Origin: Escherichia phage vB_EcoS_SCS92
Sequence record: ON548432.1
DNA length: 44,240 nucleotides
Strand: one strand, 5' to 3'
The number at the start of each line of letters is the position of its first letter. The first letter of the stretch is position 1. Made by a program: the position numbers and the translations under genes. The notes beneath the pieces are model-generated. The model had not been told where the DNA came from, did not search any database, and saw only the letters and a program-made list of their open reading frames with translations. Shown one piece after another: positions 16,224 to 23,271 of this stretch.

Positions 16224-16516
16224 TGACGGCAACCTCCCTCAGAGTCGTCGGCACGAGCATCACGATTCGATGCCGTTCTCATAAACAATTTGCCCTTACG
16301 CTGTAGCAAGTCCATCGTTACCACACCTGCACCTGACTTATTAGGGCGACGCAGTATGCTAAAGTTCCATACCCTGGCCTTTGTTACGTCTCTGGCGTTA
16401 CACACCCACAAAGCGCCATTTTCTCTTAGTTCCAGCAATTCAGAAATGTTGAAATTATTTACGGGAATAAACCCGCTAATGAACTGGCGTTCGCATTGAG
16501 GTAATTCTTCCATCAC
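16220..16516 (-). CDS. hypothetical protein
   Basis: 98-aa track ORF in the coupled early array. Confidence 0.4.
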   Translation of the reverse strand: MMEELPQCERQFISGFIPVNNFNISELLELRENGALWVCNARDVTKARVWNFSILRRPNKSGAGVVTMDLLQRKGKLFMRTASNRDARADDSEGGCRQ

Positions 16517-16704
16517 TTCGCCCCTTTGAATTTAAAATTGTTGCCGATGAGCTTCATTTCATACTCTTGGTAATACGCCGCGGAACTTAACCCGTGCTCC
16601 CTTAGTAAGCTAACGACATAAGAACTTCGATACACTGTCGATTTCTTTTCAATAATACCTAAGCTACCGTATATAGTTTTTACTAACTGACCCTTCTTAA
16701 ACAT
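16513..16704 (-). CDS. hypothetical protein
   Basis: ATG at 16704 (MFKKGQL) with a GAGGAG Shine-Dalgarno; first gene after the promoter at 16739-16767. Confidence 0.45.
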   Translation of the reverse strand: MFKKGQLVKTIYGSLGIIEKKSTVYRSSYVVSLLREHGLSSAAYYQEYEMKLIGNNFKFKGAK

Positions 16705-16738
16705 AACCACCACTCCTCTGTCTCGTTCCGATAAGTGA

Positions 16739-16767
16739 ATAGTATCCTATTATATTGGGGTGTGCAA
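16739..16767 (-). promoter_or_regulatory. sigma70-like promoter (TTGCAC-N17-TACTAT class) with AATAG-N4-CTATT palindrome
   Basis: Minus-strand reading CTTGCACaccccaatataataggaTACTAT, almost identical to the promoters at 4097 and 38905. Confidence 0.5.
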
Positions 16768-16836
16768 GAGGATAGTTACGTTGCCGTTGTGATTCTTCGG
16801 GGATGGTTGTGCCATTATTCTTATTACTTGGTAACT

Positions 16837-16860
16837 AAAGGGCAGGCCTTAAGCCTGCCC
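16837..16860. other. GC-rich hairpin GGGCAGGC-cttaa-GCCTGCCC in the divergent early intergenic region
   Basis: Read directly. Lies in a roughly 370-bp ORF-poor region that also has GCTTAAC repeats at about 17015-17050. Confidence 0.5.
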
Positions 16861-17138
16861 AATAATCGTTACATTTTTACGGTTGCGAATCTACGGCACT
16901 TTAAGAAAATCAGATACTTAAGAGATATGCTGTCGATGAGAATAGAGCTTGCCCAGGGCAACCGGAGATACTTAGGAAGGAAAGTTACAACAATTCTCGT
17001 GTTCAGTAAGCCTGCTGCTTAACCCTTTGCTTAACGCACGGGTTAAGCATTCTTACAAGGTGAACAGGAATCAAAGTAACTAAGATATAGAAGCACCTTA
17101 AACGAAGATTTTCTTAATGTCAATAGGTGTGATTATGT

Positions 17139-17167
17139 TTGATTTCCCATTATTCGCAATGTATACT
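17139..17167 (+). promoter_or_regulatory. sigma70-like promoter (TTGATT-N17-TATACT) for the plus-strand replication operon
   Basis: Hexamers with a 17-bp spacer about 30 bp upstream of the ATG at 17200. Confidence 0.45.
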
Positions 17168-17199
17168 TGGTTTCGTTAACTGATAATGAGGGCTTTGGA

Positions 17200-17370
17200 A
17201 TGACACAGAATGAAGTAGCTGAGCGTATCGGGGTTACCCGTCGTACGCTGAATAACTGGTTAAAGAGTGGGAAGTTCCCGGATTGTTGTATTCGCATTAT
17301 GGGCCGCAGGCAGCCTGGTACGTTTGACCCGGAGAAAGTGGAAGCGTGGATTAAGGAGAACGTGAAATGA
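17200..17370 (+). CDS. HTH DNA-binding protein (AlpA/excisionase-like family)
   Basis: MTQNEVAERIGVTRRTLNNWLKSGKFP is a typical HTH. GAGGG Shine-Dalgarno before ATG 17200; the track begins at a TTG at 17167. Confidence 0.6.
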   Translation: MTQNEVAERIGVTRRTLNNWLKSGKFPDCCIRIMGRRQPGTFDPEKVEAWIKENVK

Positions 17371-17600
17371 CAGAGTTTCAGTCACGCGTATTTACGGCAG
17401 TCGTTTCATTAACACGTAAAAAAGGGTCGTGCAGCGTTATCGACTTGCGCCGTAGTTATTTTAAGTACTATAGTTCCGCCATTATTGAAGGGTCGTTGAA
17501 GGTACTGGTTAAATCTGGTGTCGTGAAAAATGTTGGCGGGAAATATAGTGCTGTTGCCGAAGTTCGCGGAATGACCGCTACTTTAGAAGACCTGGAATAA
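17367..17600 (+). CDS. hypothetical protein with C-terminal LEDLE acidic motif
   Basis: 77 aa; ATGA overlap with the upstream gene; C-terminus ...TATLEDLE. Confidence 0.45.
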   Translation: MTEFQSRVFTAVVSLTRKKGSCSVIDLRRSYFKYYSSAIIEGSLKVLVKSGVVKNVGGKYSAVAEVRGMTATLEDLE

Positions 17601-17617
17601 AAGAAAGCCCCGACGCG

Positions 17618-19900
17618 GTGAACGCCGAGGCCAAATTACTTGCTGAAGGAATATACAACATGTCCGATGTAATTTTATCCTACTCGTGGTCACGCCGCAA
17701 CGCGCGGGCGGGGAAAAAGGATATAAATGTCAGAACCGCACACACGGCAACACTGGACGACCTGAAAGAGTTAATCCAGCCGCTCGATGCCGTTCGTGAC
17801 GGGATTAACCCCAAGACTGCGCCCGGTTATATCACGGCCGCGTGCGATTCTACACACAGCACCGTAAAAGACCCGGAAACCGGTGGCTTTAAACAAGCGC
17901 GTAAAGGCTTCTTCTATCGCTGTGACGCGTCTGTGAGCAAATCGTCGCTGGCGTATCTGGACTTCGACAGTGCAACACCGGAAGAGTACCAGGAAGCGGT
18001 GCGCCTGGTTAATCGCAGCCGCCGGGCGATGTGTCTCTACACCACGGCATCACATACCGATGAGGTCGCCCGCTTTCGCGTCGTCATGCCGCTGGCCCGC
18101 CCAGTTGAGGGTGGTGATATCATCCGTGTTCGTCATGGGTTGCTGGAGCACTTCTTCAAAGGCATGGGTGCGGACCGCAGCGGGTTCACTCTGTCGCAGC
18201 CGATGTACCTGCCGCCGGTCGGCGCTACCGTTATCTGGTCGCGCCGCAACGACCTGATCGACCCGAACGAGTTACTGGAAGGCATCCCAGCCGTTGACGT
18301 TAGCAGCGCATCGGATTACCAGATACCGGAAGAACTGCGCACCGCGTTTACAGACGCGTTTGAAGCACTGGCGTTTGAGTACGGCGGCGTCATGACGCCG
18401 CGCGGCCTTAAGATGCCAGCCACACCGGAACATGCCGAAAACTACAGCGACCCGACACCGCGCCCGGACGACTTCCTGCTGTGCTTCCCGCGCGAGGGGT
18501 ATGAAGCGCCAAACGTAACCATGATTCACGACACAGACATTACGGCGACAGAAGGCCTGTCACCGAAAGAGGTGTGGAAGTACGCGTGCGATGCGACCGG
18601 GCTGCCGTTCAGTGAAGTCGCAGAGGCCATCGGTTGGGGGGCGCGTGAATCTGTCTCATGCAGCCTCGACGACCTGGAAGACGACGAGGACTCAGAGGAG
18701 GACGAGTTACCGGAGCCGGTAAAGGCTGATTTCGTCGTTGAGGGGTACATGCCGTCGGATTGTATCTGGGGTATCGTCGGAGAATCGGGCACGTACAAAT
18801 CATTCTATACGCTGGGGATGATGTACCTGAGCGCCGCCGGATACCGGTTTGCAGGGGCTGACACCCAGCGTTGTCACCATTTCTATATCGACGGCGAGGG
18901 TGGGGCAGCCACACGTACACGTATTGATGCGCTCGCGGCTAAATACGGCGAGGAAGGTAAAGATTATGTACATGTCATCGATATGGGCGAAGTCGGCAAA
19001 CTTAAAAGCCTGATTAAGTTAATGCGCGAAACTGCTGGCGACGAGCCAATTGGCATGGTTGCGTTCGACACCCTTAACCAGACCCTGGCACTGACGATTG
19101 ATAAGTTCGACGAGAACAGTTCATCAACAGCAATCGGCATGGGTAAAGTTATCGCCATTCTGAAAGAAGTACGCGATGCAACTAAAGCCGCTGTCGGTGT
19201 CGTTCACCATACTCCGAAGGGCGGAAAGAAAGCCCGCGGCAGTGGGGCGCTGTATGCGGGTGTTGATGTGGAACTGACAATCGAACGTGCAACCGACCGT
19301 CAGATAAACGTATATCACTCGAAATTCAAGCACGGGCCTCAGCAGAAGACGGTTGGCATGGTGCTGGAGTCGGTACAGTTCCGTGAAGCGCCGCCGCCTA
19401 AAGAATACCGAGCGGTTGAGTTCCTGGGTAGCACAGAGGAATACGGCACAATCGTAAACCTGGACCTGCCTGAACCACACAAGGCGCTTGTGTTGATGCC
19501 GTGGGGTTTCGAGCCGTTCAAAACTGACGAGGAGAAAGAGCGGGAAGAAGGGTTGACGAAAGAAGGTAAGAAAAAAGTAAAGGAAGAAGTTAAACGCGGC
19601 AGGGATGAAGTAAGGAAGGAGTCAATACTTTCGGCACTGGAAGACCTGCAACAGTCAGATGACACAGGTCGCGGTTTTACTCAGCAGCAGATAGTGGCTC
19701 GTTCCGGTGACTTCTCTGTGACTAACACCCATCTTGATAAAATGTTGAAAGATGGAGAACTAATGCTTGGTTGCGATGCTAACGGCGAAGTAGTACCGAG
19801 AACATATCGTATACCCGAAAGAATAGGGGATAGATTAAGGCCGAAGACACTATACGAACCAAATGAGATGCTGGTGGTGACAGAGGAGGATTTGGAATAG
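17618..19900 (+). CDS. primase-helicase (RecA-fold ATPase with N-terminal primase-like domain)
   Basis: Walker A GIVGESGTYKS and Walker B-like VAFDTLNQ in the C-terminal half, large N-terminal domain, C-terminal TEEDLE. Likely ATG at 17660; the track starts at a GTG. Confidence 0.6.
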   Translation: MNAEAKLLAEGIYNMSDVILSYSWSRRNARAGKKDINVRTAHTATLDDLKELIQPLDAVRDGINPKTAPGYITAACDSTHSTVKDPETGGFKQARKGFFYRCDASVSKSSLAYLDFDSATPEEYQEAVRLVNRSRRAMCLYTTASHTDEVARFRVVMPLARPVEGGDIIRVRHGLLEHFFKGMGADRSGFTLSQPMYLPPVGATVIWSRRNDLIDPNELLEGIPAVDVSSASDYQIPEELRTAFTDAFEALAFEYGGVMTPRGLKMPATPEHAENYSDPTPRPDDFLLCFPREGYEAPNVTMIHDTDITATEGLSPKEVWKYACDATGLPFSEVAEAIGWGARESVSCSLDDLEDDEDSEEDELPEPVKADFVVEGYMPSDCIWGIVGESGTYKSFYTLGMMYLSAAGYRFAGADTQRCHHFYIDGEGGAATRTRIDALAAKYGEEGKDYVHVIDMGEVGKLKSLIKLMRETAGDEPIGMVAFDTLNQTLALTIDKFDENSSSTAIGMGKVIAILKEVRDATKAAVGVVHHTPKGGKKARGSGALYAGVDVELTIERATDRQINVYHSKFKHGPQQKTVGMVLESVQFREAPPPKEYRAVEFLGSTEEYGTIVNLDLPEPHKALVLMPWGFEPFKTDEEKEREEGLTKEGKKKVKEEVKRGRDEVRKESILSALEDLQQSDDTGRGFTQQQIVARSGDFSVTNTHLDKMLKDGELMLGCDANGEVVPRTYRIPERIGDRLRPKTLYEPNEMLVVTEEDLE

Positions 19901-19926
19901 GTAAAAAGAAAGGGGCTTTAAGCCCC
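19901..19926 (-). terminator. terminator hairpin between the convergent primase and HTH genes
   Basis: GGGGCT-tta-AGCCCC stem; the minus-strand RNA is followed by TTCTTTTTAC. The stem overlaps the HTH gene stop. Confidence 0.45.
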
Positions 19927-20133
19927 TTCACCTAACGCCAACCACTTGGCGTCTACTTCAAGCACTTCCGCCAGTTTAAACAGCGTCGCCGGGCGGACAT
20001 CCTGAGTTACCCCAAGTGCAAGCTGGTTAATCGCGCCCTGGGAGACACCGGCCAGGACAGCCAGACGGCGCTGGGAGATGCCGAGTTCTTTACGGCGTTG
20101 TTCTACACGAATGCCTAGTTCAGATGGTTGCAT
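19918..20133 (-). CDS. XRE-family (Cro/CI-type) HTH transcriptional regulator
   Basis: 71 aa. QRRKELGISQRRLAVLAGVSQGAINQLALG is a classic HTH_XRE motif. AAGGAG Shine-Dalgarno. Lone minus-strand gene with a divergent promoter region. Confidence 0.8.
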   Translation of the reverse strand: MQPSELGIRVEQRRKELGISQRRLAVLAGVSQGAINQLALGVTQDVRPATLFKLAEVLEVDAKWLALGEGA

Positions 20134-20164
20134 GTCAGCTACTCCTTAGTTAGTTGATATGTGA

Positions 20165-20193
20165 ATAGTACCATATTAATTATTTTAGAAAAG
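20165..20193 (-). promoter_or_regulatory. extended -10 promoter (TGnTACTAT) for the HTH regulator gene
   Basis: Minus-strand reading TGGTACTAT about 25 bp upstream of the AAGGAG Shine-Dalgarno; weak -35. Confidence 0.4.
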
Positions 20194-20197
20194 CCCA

Positions 20198-20226
20198 TTG
20201 ACATGTGAATAGTTCGCTATTATAGT
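20198..20226 (+). promoter_or_regulatory. near-consensus sigma70 promoter TTGACA-N17-TATAGT with AATAG-N4-CTATT palindrome in the spacer
   Basis: TTGACA at 20198-20203, TATAGT at 20221-20226, 32 bp upstream of the ATG at 20258. A weaker tandem copy (TTGATA ... TAATTA) lies at 20154-20182. Confidence 0.6.
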
Positions 20227-20257
20227 TAACCCATACCAAACGAGAGGTGAGAAACAA

Positions 20258-20758
20258 ATGTTAGAACAATTCTTAAAATTACTGGAACGTTTCGTAGTTG
20301 CACATGAACTGATTGCTGCGAACAGTGCGAAACAGTCAGCACAAGTTGCAGCGCCGTTAGAAGTAGAGACGGTAGTGTATACCAAAGAAGCGGTAGCTGA
20401 GTGCGAAAAAGAAGCAACAAAAGAAATCCCTGTTGAAGGTGAAGACATCGTTGACGCTAAACCAGCAGAAGAAGAGAAGCCGAAACGCAAGCCGCGTAAA
20501 GCTAAAGTAGAGGAGCCGACTCCAGAACCAGAAGAAGAGAAAGAAGAGGTCGATTACCAGTCTCTTCGTGACCAGATTCAGGCTATCGACGATGCAATTA
20601 ACGAAGGTCCGAGCGATGCCGCGTGCGACGATTCCGATGAACTGCTGGAGGAGTTCACCGGTAAGAAAATGAAGATTGCCGCGATTAAAGACGAAGACCT
20701 GGCTGAATACCTGAAACGCCTGACGGCGATTAAGAACAAGTATTTCGAAGAAGAATAA
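20258..20758 (+). CDS. highly acidic hypothetical protein (first gene of an early operon)
   Basis: 166 aa, Glu/Asp-rich with a short Lys-rich patch. GAGAGGTGAG Shine-Dalgarno. Followed by the hairpin GCGGCC-tccg-GGCCGC. Confidence 0.5.
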   Translation: MLEQFLKLLERFVVAHELIAANSAKQSAQVAAPLEVETVVYTKEAVAECEKEATKEIPVEGEDIVDAKPAEEEKPKRKPRKAKVEEPTPEPEEEKEEVDYQSLRDQIQAIDDAINEGPSDAACDDSDELLEEFTGKKMKIAAIKDEDLAEYLKRLTAIKNKYFEEE

Positions 20759-20801
20759 TTTATCTGGCGGCCTCCGGGCCGCTTTAACAGAGGGTCGTAA
20801 T

Positions 20802-21074
20802 ATGATTTACCAACTCTACCGAGGTATTGACCGACGGGATAACACAGAGGCGTTGTGGCTGTTGCGTGCGCCGTCCGGCGCGCACCAGATGGAAGAGATG
20901 GCCTACCTCGGCAAAGTACCGAAGCCGAAAGATATAGGCCGTCACCTGTCGCAGATTAAGCGCACGACATTCGTTAAAAGTGACTTTTATGTCTTCGAGT
21001 CGATGTATAGCTGGGCGATGCATTGTGACCACAAGACACGACATTTAATTGACCAGTGGGAGGTCAGGGTATGA
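20802..21074 (+). CDS. hypothetical protein
   Basis: 90-aa track ORF with a Shine-Dalgarno-like AGAGGG. Confidence 0.45.
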   Translation: MIYQLYRGIDRRDNTEALWLLRAPSGAHQMEEMAYLGKVPKPKDIGRHLSQIKRTTFVKSDFYVFESMYSWAMHCDHKTRHLIDQWEVRV

Positions 21075-22312
21075 TTCTAAAAGAACGAGGCGGCAATAAT
21101 GATGTACACGCCTTACTGTCACCGTCAGGCGCTAAAAAGTGGCTAGTCTGCGCTGCGTCGCTGGCGTGTGAAAAAGATATCCCTAACACGTCGGGTAAAG
21201 CCGCTGTATTAGGAACCGCCTGCCACACCATAGCTGAGGTCCATCTCAATGCCTATATACGCGGCACTGCGTTGCCGTTGGAGCGTGAAGTCGGCGCTTA
21301 CGTACTGGATGAAGGCAAAGGTCAGATTAAGGCGCTAATCAGCCCGATGAAAGGCGCGGTACTGATTACGGCGGACATGATTGAGCAGGTGCGCAAGTAC
21401 ACCGACTACTGCAAAGCGATTATAGACGTAGCGACTTACGCCAAGCTGGAAATGCGTGTTAATCTTACTGAGGTATTGCATCCGGGGTATGAAGGCGTTG
21501 AGACGTTCGGAACTGCTGACCTTGTTGCCATACAGGAACTGGCTAACACCGACGAACACATGCTTATCATCTGCGACCTGAAAACCGGGCGGCATCGTGT
21601 CGAAGCGAAAGAAAACAAGCAGCTTATGCTTTATGCTCTCGGCGTTTATCGCCGACTCAAGAGACGGTATAGCATAACAACCGTTCGACTGGTCATCTTC
21701 CAGCCGTACGCTGGCGGTGCATCGGAGTGGGACATCTCGGTTGAAGGTCTGGAACTGTTCGCTAAGTTTGCACAGAAACGGGCGCTGTTGGCTCTTGATG
21801 CCTATTTCCGGGGTAAAAAGAACCTGAAAGCGTCGGACTTCAAGCCGTCGGTAGATGGTTGTCAGTGGTGTCGGTTCTCTGAACAATGCGCAGCGCGTAC
21901 AAAAACCGTTAACGCGGGGCTGGCGGAAGAACTGGAGGACGACTTTGCACTTGAGCTTACGCCAGAGCAACTCGTAGCTGAGTATGAGAAGTTGCCGTTG
22001 TTGCGCCAGCACATCGACAAGGTTGAGAAAGCTATGGCTGCTACGTTACATTCCGGTAAGAAAGTGCCGGGTTACAACTTGGTTGAAGGACGCCCGGGTA
22101 ATCGTGCGTGGAAAGATACCGATGCAGTATCAGAAGTCTACGGTGACAAGCTGACAAAAGGAGTTCTTATGACACCGACCGAAGCTGTTAAAGTCGTACC
22201 GGAAGAAGAACTGAAAGACTTCATTACACGTAAGCCTGGGGCGCCATGCGTCGCAACGGCAGACGACAAACGTCCTGAGTGGAATCAGGTGACCGAGGAG
22301 GATTTAGAATGA
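21071..22312 (+). CDS. PD-(D/E)xK exonuclease with Cas4-like Cys cluster (DUF2800-like)
   Basis: D...ICDLKTG nuclease motif and C-terminal CQWCRFSEQC cysteine cluster. Likely ATG at 21071 with a GGAGG Shine-Dalgarno. C-terminus QVTEEDLE. Confidence 0.65.
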   Translation: MILKERGGNNDVHALLSPSGAKKWLVCAASLACEKDIPNTSGKAAVLGTACHTIAEVHLNAYIRGTALPLEREVGAYVLDEGKGQIKALISPMKGAVLITADMIEQVRKYTDYCKAIIDVATYAKLEMRVNLTEVLHPGYEGVETFGTADLVAIQELANTDEHMLIICDLKTGRHRVEAKENKQLMLYALGVYRRLKRRYSITTVRLVIFQPYAGGASEWDISVEGLELFAKFAQKRALLALDAYFRGKKNLKASDFKPSVDGCQWCRFSEQCAARTKTVNAGLAEELEDDFALELTPEQLVAEYEKLPLLRQHIDKVEKAMAATLHSGKKVPGYNLVEGRPGNRAWKDTDAVSEVYGDKLTKGVLMTPTEAVKVVPEEELKDFITRKPGAPCVATADDKRPEWNQVTEEDLE

Positions 22313-22512
22313 TTCAAGTAAATGAAATGCCCACAGATAAAGATTTTGTGATGATATGGCGCTGGGGCGGTTATATCCATTCGGAATCGTTTACGTTCCT
22401 GAACGGCACGATGGTGCGATACAACCATGTGGAGGATGAATTCGAACCCGTTGATATGAATGATTTCGAGAACATAGTCCGTATTGCGAAATTTTATTTG
22501 ACACCTGAATAG
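22309..22512 (+). CDS. hypothetical protein
   Basis: ATG at 22309 with an AGGAGG Shine-Dalgarno, overlapping the nuclease stop. Confidence 0.4.
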   Translation: MIQVNEMPTDKDFVMIWRWGGYIHSESFTFLNGTMVRYNHVEDEFEPVDMNDFENIVRIAKFYLTPE

Positions 22513-22526
22513 TTAGCTATTATAGT
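22498..22526 (+). promoter_or_regulatory. sigma70 promoter TTGACA-N17-TATAGT with AATAG-N4-CTATT palindrome
   Basis: TTGACAcctgaatagttagctatTATAGT, overlapping the stop of the upstream gene, 60 bp before the ATG at 22586. Confidence 0.55.
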
Positions 22527-22585
22527 TCTAATCACTGGCCGGGCAGCTTCCCGGAGTAAACGAAACTTAAAAGCGAGAAATTAAG

Positions 22586-23212
22586 ATGGGTATTAAACTG
22601 AATCTGCGTAAAGTAAACACTGCATGGGTTAACGTATTCGAACGTGCTGCCGACTCTGAGGACGAAAACCGGTCAATTATTAAGGGTAAATACAGCGTTA
22701 CGTTCATCATGCAGCCTGACCACCCTCAAATCGACGCGCTTTATGACACCGTTTACGCTGGAGTTGAACAAGCAATCGGTGCCGCCGCTGCCGAGAAATG
22801 GATGAAAGCCAACTACGGTGTAGACCACCACGCGGACAAGTGCGTGATACGTGACCTGGCAATGCGAGACAATCCTATTGAGGATTTTGAAGAAGGTCTG
22901 TATTTCCGGGCCACTACACCGTCACAGCCGGTGATTATGACATCGGCTAAAGGTGAAAAACAAACAGAGCCTGATTTCAACATCGACGGCGAACAGAATG
23001 AAGGCGAGCAGGTATATAGCGGATGTGTCGCAAACGTATCTGTAGAGTTATGGTGCAGCCAAAGATTGAAAAACCTGTGCGCTACCATCCTGGCGATCAA
23101 GTATATGGGTGAAGGTAAAGCGTTCGGCGGCTCCAGTGTAGTAGCGAGCACTGACGACCTGGAAGACGACGAAGAAGATGAAGCACCGCGTCGCGAACGT
23201 CGCCGCCGTTAA
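22586..23212 (+). CDS. ssDNA-binding protein (T7 gp2.5-like / DUF2815-like), putative
   Basis: N-terminal KLNLRKVNTAWVNVFE...KGKYSVTF pattern, acidic DDLEDDEEDE stretch near the C-terminus, and position between the nuclease and the polymerase. Confidence 0.5.
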   Translation: MGIKLNLRKVNTAWVNVFERAADSEDENRSIIKGKYSVTFIMQPDHPQIDALYDTVYAGVEQAIGAAAAEKWMKANYGVDHHADKCVIRDLAMRDNPIEDFEEGLYFRATTPSQPVIMTSAKGEKQTEPDFNIDGEQNEGEQVYSGCVANVSVELWCSQRLKNLCATILAIKYMGEGKAFGGSSVVASTDDLEDDEEDEAPRRERRRR

Positions 23213-23234
23213 TTTCTGAATCAATTTAACTAAG

Positions 23235-23255
23235 GCCCTTCATTGGGCCTTTTTA
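23235..23255 (+). terminator. attenuator-like hairpin upstream of the DNA polymerase gene
   Basis: GGCCC-ttcatt-GGGCC stem followed by TTTTTACT. Confidence 0.4.
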
Positions 23256-23271
23256 CTAAGGGTCGAAAATA

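Noticed and set aside
16735-17022. 95-aa plus-strand ORF in the divergent intergenic region
   Set aside because: It has no ribosome-binding site, starts inside the minus-strand promoter, and spans the hairpin and repeat elements. The region is treated as regulatory or non-coding.
21335-22012. 225-aa minus-strand ORF
   Set aside because: It is antisense to the DUF2800-like nuclease gene, which has clear catalytic motifs; it has no ribosome-binding site and its composition is Arg/Leu-rich.
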